Assembly: GCA_937127245.1 (NCBI GenBank)
Contig: CAKZLU010000017.1
Coordinates: 3,452-67,451 of the forward strand
Direction: 5' to 3'
Origin: an uncultured Actinomycetes bacterium
GTDB lineage: Bacteria; Actinomycetota; Geothermincolia; Fen-727; JACVIW01
Length of the DNA stretch: 64,000 nucleotides
A program made the position numbers and the translations under genes. Below the pieces are notes generated by a model. That model saw only the letters and a list, made by a program, of their open reading frames with translations, was not told where the DNA came from and did no database searches. This document shows, one piece after another, positions 1-10,402 of the stretch; the first letter of the stretch is position 1, and every line of letters starts with the position of its first letter.

Positions 1-300
1 TGTATGGAAGCGCGGGCTCCAATGGCATGACTGAAAGTTTTCCTGCGTGGTTATTTTCCTCATATTTTCCGCGCGATTAATATTCCCCGCGTTTCCTCTT
101 AAGCAAGTTCAGGCCCCATTGCCCGTCATTTCCACTACGGGGCGCAGATTAAAGCGCCCCTGTATCAGGATCCTACCCGTCATTGCCAAATTCCGAATCA
201 GCATTTTTCCTGATTTGTCTGTAAAATAACGGCGTGCTTTAAAAAGCGCGCTGCAACAAGTAATAGCTGAGGCTTTAATCCGTCAAAAGGAGGTCGTAAA

Positions 301-1671
301 TTGACACAGAAAGGAGCCGGGCAAACACAAAAGGCTCTTGAGAACCTCTCAGAATCCATCCGTTTCAGAACGATTTCCTGCGAAGACCCTTCTGAAGAGG
401 ATAAAGCTCAGTTCGAGGCTTTTAGAGGGTTTCTCAAAAAAGCCTATCCCCTGGTCCATGTGCACTTAAAAACTGAAATTGTTGGGGACCAAAGCCTCCT
501 TTACGAATGGAAAGGGTCAAACGAGAACGCGCTCCCGCTTCTTCTTGCGGCGCACATGGATGTCGTGCCGGTGGAGCTGGAAACGCTTAAGCAGTGGACT
601 CATCCGCCCTTCGAGGGCGTGATATCAGACGGCTATATCTGGGGGCGGGGAACGATGGACTGTAAGGGTTTGCTAATCTCCATACTTGAGGCAGTGGAGG
701 CGCTGCTTGTGGACGGTTTCAAGCCCACAAGAACCGTGCTTCTCGCCTTCGGTCAGGACGAAGAGGTAGGGGGCTTGAGAGGAGCGGAAAAGATCGCCGA
801 ACTCTTAAAATCAAGAGGAGTCACCCCGGAGCTGGTCATAGACGAAGGAGGCGCCATTGCTGACCTTGGCATACCCGGGTTCAAGAAACTCATCGCCGGG
901 GTGGGTATCGCGGAGAAAGGCTACCTCACTATAGAACTGGTCGCACGCGCCAGGGGTGGTCATGCCTCAGTTCCGCCAAGACATACTGCCATAGGTCTGC
1001 TTTCTCGCGCCATAACCAGGCTCGAAAAACACCCCTTCCCCTCTAAAGTGGGTGAGATTCCAGCTCTGACCCTTGAGAGGCTCATGCCCGAGCTTCCACT
1101 CTACCTGCGCCTCGCTCTTTCAAGCAGGCTTATCACTTCGCTCATCATGAGAGCTGCATCCAGATACCTCCCGCCGCTCGGGGCAATGCTTCGGACCACT
1201 ACGGCCGTGACGATGGTGAGCGGGGGTACGAAAGACAACGTTCTCCCACAGGAAGCAAGGGCGACGGTCAATCTGAGACTGCTCCCGGGGGAGACCTGTG
1301 AGGACGCGCTTAAAAGGGTCAAAAAGGTGGTGAGAGACAAGAGAGTTGAGGTCCATATCTCTGGAATGGCGGAAAACCCCACGGATATCTCCTCCGTAAA
1401 AACAAGCGGTTTTGAGACGCTTGAGCGCACCATAAAAGAGTGCTTCCCGGAGGTGGTAATTGTCCCGTATTTAGTTGTTGGCATGACCGACTCCCGCCAT
1501 TACTCAAGATTAAGCGATTCCGTGTTCAGGTTCTCACCGGTGAGAGGCAGCAGGAAAGAGCTGGAACTTGCGCATGGCACAAACGAGCGGTTGAGCGTCG
1601 AAAACTTTGCGGAGTTCATAGAGTTCTTCAAAAGGCTCATCAAGAATTCTTCCGCTTCAATTCGTTCCTGA
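301..1671 (+). CDS. M20 family metallopeptidase (carboxypeptidase G2 / deacylase-like)
   Basis: 456-aa ORF starting at TTG 301 with an AGGAGG RBS at 283-288. It carries the M20 motif AAHMDVVPV, metal-binding residues (GQDEEVGG) and a typical dimerisation-domain layout. Confidence 0.8.
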   Translation: MTQKGAGQTQKALENLSESIRFRTISCEDPSEEDKAQFEAFRGFLKKAYPLVHVHLKTEIVGDQSLLYEWKGSNENALPLLLAAHMDVVPVELETLKQWTHPPFEGVISDGYIWGRGTMDCKGLLISILEAVEALLVDGFKPTRTVLLAFGQDEEVGGLRGAEKIAELLKSRGVTPELVIDEGGAIADLGIPGFKKLIAGVGIAEKGYLTIELVARARGGHASVPPRHTAIGLLSRAITRLEKHPFPSKVGEIPALTLERLMPELPLYLRLALSSRLITSLIMRAASRYLPPLGAMLRTTTAVTMVSGGTKDNVLPQEARATVNLRLLPGETCEDALKRVKKVVRDKRVEVHISGMAENPTDISSVKTSGFETLERTIKECFPEVVIVPYLVVGMTDSRHYSRLSDSVFRFSPVRGSRKELELAHGTNERLSVENFAEFIEFFKRLIKNSSASIRS

Positions 1672-2308
1672 GGCTACGTCTTCGCCTTAAGTGTTTTCCA
1701 CGCGGATGTCGTCAAGTCCTGAGTTCAAGCGGTCTCCCGAGCGTAAAGCAGTAAACAATGACATAAGCGAGGAAATTACAGAAAACGGTTGACATTGAGG
1801 GGTGCTCCCTTCATGCACATAAAGAGCATCCTCGCAGCGTTCTCGCTTGGCACTTTGTGGGAAATTAGCTAAGCGCTTCATCTCGCCCTGGGGCCAAATG
1901 ACTTCATAACGACGATACCGGCGGGCTTGGTCTTCTGAACAACCTGAAAAGGGAAAGATCCAGAGCCACCGAAAAAGGATTTGACATCAACTTAACCTGC
2001 CTCGGTCTCAGATGGATTCACCGCTCACTTTCTCATCTTAATAGTGCAAAGTCGCCCGTGTGATGACAACCCCACTGCATTCCAAAACTCGATTCTAAGA
2101 ACAATATGGGCTTATAACAATTTAAGAACAAAGTCCGGGGAAGTGTGCCCTAAACCAATCCGATTTAACAAATCAAACCCGAAACACCTTGCAGCCTGTC
2201 TTCCAAGTGAATATAAGATATAATTAGCATGGCAAACGAACCTGCGCCGTTATATGATCTTTTGGATAGTCGGTGAGAGAATGCGGTTAGAAGAGATATC
2301 GGTAACCA

Positions 2309-2719
2309 TTGGTTTCCCTTCAGCACACGGAGGCAGTACTTTTGTCGTTTGAGCCTTCATATGTATTCACGTTTCTGCGGATTGCATACTCAAAGGGCGT
2401 AATCACCAAGCTCATGCCCATTCTTAACTCTACCGTGAGGCGCGTTGCGGAGAAGACCGGCAAAAGAACCGATGAGCTTTTGGACCTGGTCGATATAGCA
2501 AAAGAGCCTTCTATAGAAAGAGCGGAAAAACTCCTTTTGCGCTCAGGGACTCTGCTCAAGATTGCCTCAAGCGAGCGCTTCATGGGTTTTGTATCTAGGC
2601 TCCTTGACTTAAGTTTCGCAAAGAGAGCGGCGGAAGCAGCACTCGTTTGGTACCTAACGCGGGCGGCGACGCGGGCTCAGAGCGCAGAGAACAGGTCAGT
2701 CATCGGGGGTGGTATGTGA
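2309..2719 (+). CDS. hypothetical protein
   Basis: 136-aa ORF immediately upstream of the FAD oxidase gene with no recognisable motifs. It may be shorter, starting at an internal Met. Confidence 0.25.
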   Translation: MVSLQHTEAVLLSFEPSYVFTFLRIAYSKGVITKLMPILNSTVRRVAEKTGKRTDELLDLVDIAKEPSIERAEKLLLRSGTLLKIASSERFMGFVSRLLDLSFAKRAAEAALVWYLTRAATRAQSAENRSVIGGGM

Positions 2720-4212
2720 CGGACGGTGGGAGAGCCAATGCCGACATCGCAGGGGCGCTTGTCTCGATAGTCGGCGAAGAAAACGTATCCGTTGAGCAGG
2801 ATATTTTAGGAGACCACTCAAGGTGCCTCGGACCATCTCCCGTTGGTGATCCACTTTCGGTGGTCAGGCCTGGGTGCCCCGAGGAGATTCAGCAAATTGT
2901 TAGGCTCGCAAACGAGTTGGAATTCAATATCGTGCCGGCATCCTCGGGCGCCCCGCACCTCAGGGGTGGAGCGGTCCCTTCCGGAGAAGGCGTGATCCTC
3001 GATCTTTCGCGCATGAAAAGAATAATGCGCATCGACAGGCGCAACAAGGTCGCAGTCATAGAGCCTGGAGTCACATTCGGTGAGCTCGAGGAGGGGGCGG
3101 CAAAGGTGGGGTTGAAAGTGCTCACGCCTCTACTGCCGCGTGCGAACAAGTCCGTGCTTGCAAGCTATCTCGACCGCGAGCCGATAACTATTCCAAAATA
3201 CCACTGGGACATGACGGATCCCCTGCTATGCACCGAGATAATCTTTGGAACCGGCGAGTTTTTCCGCACCGGGGCAGCCGCCGGTCCGGGAACACTCGAG
3301 GAGATGTGGAAAGCGGGGTTGGGACTGAAGAATCCGATGGGCCCTTCAGCAACTGACATCGTTCGCCTTGTCCAGGGATCACAGGGGACAATGGGAATCG
3401 TCACATGGGCTTCTGTCAAACTCGAGGTCGCACCCCAAATACGCAGGTGCTACTTCCTAAAGGGCGAAACCTTTGGGCCGCTCATAGATTTCGCCTACAG
3501 AGTGCTTCGAAGAAAAATGACTGATGAGTTCTTCATGCTCAACGCCCCAGCGCTTGCCTCAATGCTTGCGAAGAACAATGACGATATTGCGGCACTCGCA
3601 GCCCCTCAGTCCCCATTCACGATCGTCTTCTGCCTGGCGGGGTACGCACACCTCCCGGAGAAAAGGTTGGCATACCTCGAGAAAGACATTGCTGACGTCG
3701 CCAAGCAATGCGGCGTGGAGATAAAGCGCGAGATACCGGGCGCCGACGGCATGAGAATGATTGAACTAATGGACCATCCATGCTCGGTACCTTACTGGAA
3801 ACATAGAGCGAAAGGGGCTGCTTTCGATATCTTCTTCCTTTCAACCCTGGACAAACTGCCGCAACTCTTGGCAGTTATGACAGGCACCGTGCAGGAAAGT
3901 GGATTCCACGCGGAACGCCTCGGCTTGTACGTCCAGCCTATCCAGCAAGGCAGGGCATGCCATGCAGAGTTCCACCTATATTATGACCCTTCGGACGAAG
4001 CCGAGGCGCGCACAGCGGGTGACATTTTGGCAACAGCATCCGAGAGACTGGCATATGCTGGCGCATTCTTCTCAAGACCGTACTTCCCTTGGGTGGATGT
4101 AGCCTACCGGCGCTGCCCTGATACCGTCTGGATGCTCAAAGAACTCAAGAGAGTATTTGATCCGAAGAATGTGCTGAACCGCGGGAAGCTTTGTTTTTCC
4201 GGGGTGGAATAA
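2716..4212 (+). CDS. FAD-binding oxidase, GlcD/D-lactate dehydrogenase-like subunit
   Basis: Long ORF (frame opens at 2647); the probable start is GTG 2716 after a GGGGGTGG RBS. The N-terminus (VSIVGEENVSVEQDIL...) is typical of FAD-linked oxidases (PCMH-type FAD-binding domain), with a C-terminal FAD-oxidase_C-like region. Confidence 0.8.
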   Translation: MTDGGRANADIAGALVSIVGEENVSVEQDILGDHSRCLGPSPVGDPLSVVRPGCPEEIQQIVRLANELEFNIVPASSGAPHLRGGAVPSGEGVILDLSRMKRIMRIDRRNKVAVIEPGVTFGELEEGAAKVGLKVLTPLLPRANKSVLASYLDREPITIPKYHWDMTDPLLCTEIIFGTGEFFRTGAAAGPGTLEEMWKAGLGLKNPMGPSATDIVRLVQGSQGTMGIVTWASVKLEVAPQIRRCYFLKGETFGPLIDFAYRVLRRKMTDEFFMLNAPALASMLAKNNDDIAALAAPQSPFTIVFCLAGYAHLPEKRLAYLEKDIADVAKQCGVEIKREIPGADGMRMIELMDHPCSVPYWKHRAKGAAFDIFFLSTLDKLPQLLAVMTGTVQESGFHAERLGLYVQPIQQGRACHAEFHLYYDPSDEAEARTAGDILATASERLAYAGAFFSRPYFPWVDVAYRRCPDTVWMLKELKRVFDPKNVLNRGKLCFSGVE

Positions 4213-5489
4213 TGACGCTTGCTGATTATGAGCGGGATATGGCGGGATGCTCGAGGTGCACATGCTGTAAGTGGAGCGCCTTGAGCCAGATTAAAAGCTG
4301 GAGGTATGCCAAGAACTGCCCGTCGGTCACAAAGTACAACTTCCACGCATACTCTGGCGGGGGAAGATTGACCGCGGGACTATCGATAATCAAAGGGAGA
4401 AGCGAGCTCACCGAAGGGGTTGCGGATATCGTATATAAGTGCCAGTTATGCGGTGCCTGCGATACGGCGTGCAAGATATACCGGGACGACATAGACATAA
4501 ACGAGGTTCTTCTTGAGTTCCGCGCAGACTGCGTAGAGCGCGGTCAGCTCGTGCTCGAACATATGCTCATGATCGATGCGCTCAAGAAAGAGGACAACGT
4601 CCTTGGTGAGCCCAAGGCAGCCAGGGACAAGTGGGCGGAGGGGCTCGGGCTCAAAGACGTAAACAAGCAGAGGGCGGATGTATTGCTGCACGCTGGGTGC
4701 CGATACTGCTACGACAAGGACTTGTGGCCATCCATTCGGGCTGCTGTTCGGTTGATTCTCTCTGCGGGGATAAACCTCGGGTTTGCAGGGAAGAACGAGT
4801 CATGCTGCGGGGGAAGAGCATATGAACTGGGATACAGGGGGGAAGCTGAGAAATATGCAGATGACATGCTCTCCAGGGTAAAAGCCTCTGGGGCAATAAC
4901 GCTTCTGACATGCTGTGCGGATGGTTACTCGCATTTCCGCTATCTTTATCCCCGCATGGGAAGGAAACTATCCGTCGATGTCGTCCACATAACCGAATAT
5001 TTGATCAGACTCATACAGGCGGGAAGAATAAGGTTCCAAAGAAAGGTTCCATTAAAAGTCACGTACCATGACCCGTGCCATCTCGGCAGGATGTCCGAGC
5101 CTTTCATCCCTGAGTGGGAGGGGGATAAGCTCTTGCGCCCGTCCTCACTCAAGCGGGCCGGAAGAGGCGGCGTGTACGAACAGCCGAGGGCAGCGCTGCG
5201 TTCAATACCAGGCCTGGAACTTGTGGAGATGGAAAGAATACGCGAATGGTCGTGGTGCTGCGGAGCGGGGGGCGGGGTGTATGAGGCATACCCGGATTTT
5301 TGCTTTTGGACAGCGATGGAGCGAATAGATGAGGCTCGTTCGGCCGGTGCTGAGGCGCTCGTAACCGCATGCCCCTGGTGCGTTCGCGCTTTTCGCGACG
5401 CACTTGAGCAAGCGGGAGAAGCCTTCCCGATTTACGACATGATGGAACTCGTCGCAAAATCCATAGGAATTCCAGAGGAGGAAGTATAA
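4212..5489 (+). CDS. Fe-S oxidoreductase with CCG domains (GlcF-like)
   Basis: 4Fe-4S ferredoxin-type motifs (CQLCGACDTAC) plus two cysteine-rich CCG-type regions (CCGGRAYE, WCCGAGGG). The ATG overlaps the upstream stop (ATGA). GlcF / heterodisulfide-reductase D-like architecture. Confidence 0.8.
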   Translation: MTLADYERDMAGCSRCTCCKWSALSQIKSWRYAKNCPSVTKYNFHAYSGGGRLTAGLSIIKGRSELTEGVADIVYKCQLCGACDTACKIYRDDIDINEVLLEFRADCVERGQLVLEHMLMIDALKKEDNVLGEPKAARDKWAEGLGLKDVNKQRADVLLHAGCRYCYDKDLWPSIRAAVRLILSAGINLGFAGKNESCCGGRAYELGYRGEAEKYADDMLSRVKASGAITLLTCCADGYSHFRYLYPRMGRKLSVDVVHITEYLIRLIQAGRIRFQRKVPLKVTYHDPCHLGRMSEPFIPEWEGDKLLRPSSLKRAGRGGVYEQPRAALRSIPGLELVEMERIREWSWCCGAGGGVYEAYPDFCFWTAMERIDEARSAGAEALVTACPWCVRAFRDALEQAGEAFPIYDMMELVAKSIGIPEEEV

Positions 5490-7130
5490 ATGCTCCCCGA
5501 CCAAGCCTATGAAGCTCTAATCGATGCTGTCGGTCAGGAGAATGTCTCCAGGGAACCCGTGGTGCTCGACGGATACGCCTGGCAACCAACCTTCAACTAC
5601 AACCCGGAGCTCTGGATGGAACGCCCTTCCGCTGTTGTACTCCCCGGCAGCACCGAGGAAGTGCGGCAGACGATCCTCGTATGTAACGAATACGGGCTAA
5701 AGTTTAAGGCTCTCTCCACCGGCTGGTGCGTGACTGCGGCACCCTGGTGCGAGGGCGTCGTGATCCTGGACTTGAGAAGGATGAACAGAATCCTCGAGAT
5801 AGACGAGAAGAACATGTATGTCGTTGTTGAGCCATGCGCGATAGGCGCTCAGATCCAAGCGGAGGTGATGCGCTACGGGCTCAACATCCACATGATAGGG
5901 GCAGGCTGCATAAGCTCACCGCTTGCAAGCGCAACTTCTTTCATGGGACACGGGTGGGACGGAATCTACATGAGCTACAGTCCCCGAAACGTGCTTGGAG
6001 TCGAATGGGTCCTTCCATCAGGCAAGGTGCTAAAGCTCGGCACCCCGGGCTCGGGGCTTGGATGGTTCTCTGGAGACGGACCGGGTCCGTCGCTCAGGGG
6101 CATCATGAGGGGAGCAATAGGTGCGTGCGGCGGAGTCGGAGTCTTCACAAAGTGCGCCCTCAAGTTGTTCAATTGGCCAGGTCCTCCGGTGGTCGAGGCC
6201 GAAGGGCTCGGGCTTGACACGAAAACGGAACTCCCACAGCACTTTAAGGTCTATCTCTGCTTTCTTCCAGACTGGGACTCGTTTGCAGATTCCATGTATG
6301 AGATAGGCGAGGCTGAGATCGGCTACATCATCAACAAAAACGCTCTTGGTCTGCTTCTTTCGGTGATCTTCCCCCGCCTGACCAGGAAAATCGCGAAGAG
6401 GAAGGCGATAAAGGAGACGGTTGACGTCCTCAAGAATGAGTTTGAGATCATCCTCGCTGGTAACTCCGAGCGCGAAATATCCTACCAGGTCGAGGTCCTT
6501 GAGGACATTATCTCCCGCAACGGTGGCTTCCTTTTTGACCTCGGGGACAATCCCCTTGTAGGCATATTCTGGTGGGGTCTTGTAAGGAACTACGCGCCTC
6601 CCATTCTTTTCCGACCGGGAGGACAGTTCATGACCCTCTTCGGCTCAGATGATTCCTTCGATTCTCAGGTCACAGCGGCAAGGCTCGGGGAGAGGATAAA
6701 AAAAGAGTGGCTTGAGAAGGACCTGATCTACGACGACTTGGGCGATACCTCCTGGATGCATATCTTCGAGAATGGCATGTGGGGCCACTGCGAGGTCCCC
6801 TTCATATTCGATCCGCGCAACCGCAGACAGGTCGAGGCGGTTATGCCCGAGGCGATAGAATCCGTGATGGCATCGCTTGAGAAAAACCTCGGCGTGGGTA
6901 TGCTCGCCATGGAACCGCTCATCCGCAAAATCGCAAGCCCAATGCAAGGCAACTATAACAAGTGGCAGAAGGAGTTCCAGCGCATCATCGATCCCAGGGG
7001 AGCCGCAGACTCGGCACTCTACACCGGGGAAGCGGAAATCGACCTCTCGACAATCGACCCGAACAAACTGCAGAAGATGACGGAAATCATAATGAAGAAC
7101 CTATGGACCGAATCCGGACCCCCCAGATAG
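5490..7130 (+). CDS. FAD-binding oxidase, second subunit (GlcE/GlcD-like)
   Basis: 546-aa ORF starting 1 nt after the stop of the Fe-S gene, RBS GGAGGAAG. The N-terminus (DAVGQENVSREPVVLDGY...) is FAD-linked-oxidase-like. Confidence 0.75.
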   Translation: MLPDQAYEALIDAVGQENVSREPVVLDGYAWQPTFNYNPELWMERPSAVVLPGSTEEVRQTILVCNEYGLKFKALSTGWCVTAAPWCEGVVILDLRRMNRILEIDEKNMYVVVEPCAIGAQIQAEVMRYGLNIHMIGAGCISSPLASATSFMGHGWDGIYMSYSPRNVLGVEWVLPSGKVLKLGTPGSGLGWFSGDGPGPSLRGIMRGAIGACGGVGVFTKCALKLFNWPGPPVVEAEGLGLDTKTELPQHFKVYLCFLPDWDSFADSMYEIGEAEIGYIINKNALGLLLSVIFPRLTRKIAKRKAIKETVDVLKNEFEIILAGNSEREISYQVEVLEDIISRNGGFLFDLGDNPLVGIFWWGLVRNYAPPILFRPGGQFMTLFGSDDSFDSQVTAARLGERIKKEWLEKDLIYDDLGDTSWMHIFENGMWGHCEVPFIFDPRNRRQVEAVMPEAIESVMASLEKNLGVGMLAMEPLIRKIASPMQGNYNKWQKEFQRIIDPRGAADSALYTGEAEIDLSTIDPNKLQKMTEIIMKNLWTESGPPR

Positions 7131-7736
7131 CTTATCGGAAATGGCCACGTCTTTTCCTCCTATATCCAAGCGGCCTCCGGCGCAAATAGTATCAACATTT
7201 TTGTCAGTAAGAGCGTAAGAGTTAACAAGGAAGTGACGGTGCAGCTGATTAGGCTCAAGCAAATTCAAGAACCCCGGAAGAAGGCGCTTAGGATGCGTTA
7301 CATTTGAGTGGATGATAGGGTTAAGACGTGGCACTTAACCTATGCAAAACGTTTGCGATGTCTTGAATAATATGTTCGCACCTTACGCACTATGCCCAAT
7401 GAAACCCCTCTCGGGCTCCCGTGTTAGGTCGATGACAGGATCAAATTTTCCCTCAAGACCCCGCAGTAACACATGTTGTATGCATGACGGGCCCTGGGGA
7501 ACCACAAATCATATTGAACTGGGACATTCAATGAAGGTGACTGCCATCCTCGAGGTCAATACCCGCCACATCCTTTGTCAAACCCCGAAAAGCCCCATAA
7601 TCGAACCTTGGTCGTATCCGTACGACGAGATTACAGAGCACTCATCTTCCCTGACACCAATGAATAAATTTTTAGACTATTTGGTGTCATCTGCTGTGCT
7701 CAAACTTGTAGCGTCTGGCAACTGGGGTGATAAAGA

Positions 7737-8288
7737 ATGGTCCGTATAGACTACGCCAGAGACTCTCTCCTCATCGAGGAGGAGCTTTCCAAGGTCTTCA
7801 ACTTCATCTCCAGGGGCGCACAGTACGAGCGGTGGCACCTCGACTACCACCTCGCCGCTCAGATTATGGATATTAAGGAAGGTGGGGTAGGTTCCGTCTT
7901 CTCCATAGAGAACTCATCGGAGGCTTTTACCTCAAGCACGTGGGAAGGGTAGTGGAGTTCGAGCGCAACCGTAAGTTCGTGTGGCTCGGGAGGTTCGCTC
8001 TCTTTCCCCTGGTTTGGATCGGTACTGACTTCACGTTTGATGAACACAAAAAGGGCATCGTTATTACTGAGATACTCTACTTTAAGATGGCGCCCTGGTG
8101 GCTCATCCTCCTTTCCTTTCCTCGGCTTTAAACCTTACTTTACCCGCTCCGCATGCAAGAAACACATCACTGATGAGCTGACCGGCATAAAGAGGATAAT
8201 AGAGTCGAGGGATTACAACCCCGATGACATAGTTTATCCCCTCGAGGACACAAAGCTCATGTCACGGGTTAAGAAATACAAGGGATGA
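7737..8288 (+). pseudogene. SRPBCC (polyketide cyclase/START-like) family protein, split across three reading frames
   Basis: Three consecutive overlapping ORFs (7737-7952, 7940-8131, 8037-8288) in frames 0/2/0. Together they read as one SRPBCC-like protein, implying two frameshifts. Confidence 0.5.
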
Positions 8289-8322
8289 GAGCTGTACACG
8301 GCTTGAAATGTTTAAGCTGCTT

Positions 8323-8436
8323 CGCAGCATAAGATACTCTCTGTTCGACACTTGCTCAACGGCTCGGCTAAAAGTGTGTTTCTGAGTTCCTCGTATCGCG
8401 CATAAGATACTCTCTGTTCAACAATTGCTCAACGGC
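8323..8436. repeat. two ~37-41 bp direct repeats separated by a 36-bp spacer (CRISPR-like geometry, no cas genes)
   Basis: cGCAGCATAAGATACTCTCTGTTCGACACTTGCTCAACGGC at ~8323-8363 and cGCGCATAAGATACTCTCTGTTCAACAATTGCTCAACGGC at ~8397-8436. They differ by 2-3 mismatches. Confidence 0.5.
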
Positions 8437-8673
8437 GCAGAAGCACCAATCTGAGAAACCCTGGACAGCATGCTTAACATCATGGCGAATCAGACCGCAA
8501 GAGTGGAGGTATCTCGTTTTAACAGTTCTTCGCGGAGCTAAGGGATAAATCCCTGCGGGGAACAATTTTTCTCTTCAGCAAAAATGAGCAGTAATTACCT
8601 TCCGGATTTATCTCCGGATAAATTCCCGCGAGGAAATGGTTCTCTCTGCAAAGGGCAAGCCCGTTTTACCAGT

Positions 8674-9060
8674 TCACTCAGAGCCATGCTTTTTGTTCTT
8701 TTCACTCAAATTAAGGGGTCGCGCACTACTGTCAGACTTTTCAACCCATCTCGCACAGCGAATATCCCTCAGGGTCACCACCGAGCCCTGAACCTTACCA
8801 CGCCTGCTCTTGATAGGGGTGGATCGCACTGCCACCGGGACAAGTGATCCATATCCATTCCTTAAAATGCGCCATTCTTCAGAGCCGGATTCCGGGTCCG
8901 GAAGGAAATCGGTGGGTTGCGCGGCAAACAATCCTTCAAAGGTCTGATTGACTATCCTGTCTTCGGGCATCCCCAAAAGTTCAATTGCTACGGGATTCGC
9001 TTTTTGTATCAATCCTTTACCATCAACAAGGAATACCGCATCTTCGCTTCCCTCAAACAT
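8674..9060 (-). CDS. PAS domain protein (stand-alone or truncated sensor fragment)
   Basis: 128-aa ORF with a PAS-fold sequence (DAVFLVDGKGLIQKANPVAIELLGMPEDRIVNQTFEGLF...). No downstream kinase or output domain, so it may be a remnant. Confidence 0.5.
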   Translation of the reverse strand: MFEGSEDAVFLVDGKGLIQKANPVAIELLGMPEDRIVNQTFEGLFAAQPTDFLPDPESGSEEWRILRNGYGSLVPVAVRSTPIKSRRGKVQGSVVTLRDIRCARWVEKSDSSARPLNLSEKNKKHGSE

Positions 9061-9273
9061 CGCTCTTCCCAGGAATAAGGAAACTTGACTCGCAAAGTCA
9101 ATTCGAGGCCCGAGGAAATCCTATGAGAGCGTGAATAGGTTTTCCGTTTACCACTGTCTGAAACGAACTTCCCTTGAATTTTTTCATACAGAATACCGAA
9201 TGTCCGCTATCGGAATTGCTAATATACTCAAAATCTCTTAACTCGCAAAGCTTTATGAGACCCGCTGGGGTTT

Positions 9274-10086
9274 TCAATCCCCGTGCCCCTTCCACTCCTC
9301 CATTGATTTGCTCAAGCCCAATTCGGTCTGGAAGTAATCGAGGAACTTGCGAGGAATAAACGCCCTAAAAACGGGAGCGAGTTTCGGGAAGAGCGGCTCC
9401 GCTAAATATTCCCTGTCTTTCTCGAACGCCCGAAAAATCTTATCCGCCATTTTGTCTGGTTCAAGCCAGGGAAGCCAGGGAGGTGTCTGAACGCCCTCGA
9501 ACATCCCTGTCCGCACAAAAGCGGGACATACGATTAGAAACTTGACCCCGTCTTTTCCGAGATACTTCATCTCCAGGCGCAATGAGTCGGTGAGGTTTAT
9601 TACCGCGGCTTTACTCGCGCAGTATGAGCTTAAGAGCGGTACGTAGGAAAGCCCTGCTGCCGAGGCTATGTTGATTATGTGCCCCTGATTGCGCTCAACC
9701 ATCTCGGGAAGGAAAACCATTATCGTCCGCATGTATGCGTTAACGTTTATCTCCATCGTCTTTATGTGGTCTTCGATCGGTACCTCCAGAAAAGGTCCGC
9801 CGCTAACAAATCCAGCGTTGTTGATGAGGACCTCAACAAATCCGAACCTTTTCTTTATCTCGCTCGCCGCTTTTTGCACTCTTTGGGAATCGGTAACGTC
9901 CACCGAATACCAGTACGCCTCACATTCGTTCTCCTCAAGTTGACAAACCGTATCCTCAAGGTCTTTCTCCGTTCTTGCCCAGAGAATAATCCTCGCTCCC
10001 GCCCGTCCGAACCTGTCGGCAAGCGCCCTTCCAAGCCCGCGGCTTCCACCTGTTATGAGTACCGTTTTTCCTTCCGCTTTGCCCAT
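9274..10086 (-). CDS. SDR family oxidoreductase
   Basis: TGGSRGLGRALA Rossmann motif, NNAG and YCASKAA catalytic motifs. Likely start at MGKAEGK (10086) preceded by a GGAGG RBS. Confidence 0.85.
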   Translation of the reverse strand: MGKAEGKTVLITGGSRGLGRALADRFGRAGARIILWARTEKDLEDTVCQLEENECEAYWYSVDVTDSQRVQKAASEIKKRFGFVEVLINNAGFVSGGPFLEVPIEDHIKTMEINVNAYMRTIMVFLPEMVERNQGHIINIASAAGLSYVPLLSSYCASKAAVINLTDSLRLEMKYLGKDGVKFLIVCPAFVRTGMFEGVQTPPWLPWLEPDKMADKIFRAFEKDREYLAEPLFPKLAPVFRAFIPRKFLDYFQTELGLSKSMEEWKGHGD

Positions 10087-10402
10087 TTCCCCTCCAGTTT
10101 GTCGAGGACCGCAAATCAATGGCTATGGTAGATTTCTCCACTGAGACGTACACTAAGAAAAGTACATTAAGAATATTAAGAATGACAAGTAATCGCCAGG
10201 TGGTTCATTACCCACGGGCAGTGGGCAATGAAAGAACCGAAAACAAAAAAGAGGTGTCAGTATTCCCGCATAAAAGGGTCTGACCAGCCCCGATTAGTCC
10301 GGATGCCCGAGATTTGCCGCTCATTGCCGCTTGACGCAGGAATCCAAGATACGAGATTAGCATGGATAGAAACCTGAGATCATCGCATTTGGTAACGCAT
10401 TC

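Noticed and set aside
47-229. 60-aa ORF at the window edge
   Set aside because: Short, with no RBS or motifs, and lying in the upstream region of the M20 gene. Probably non-coding.
8323-8436. Calling the repeat-spacer-repeat a functional CRISPR array
   Set aside because: Only two repeats with mismatches, no leader, and no cas genes anywhere in the window. Retained only as a low-interest observation, not as a CRISPR feature.
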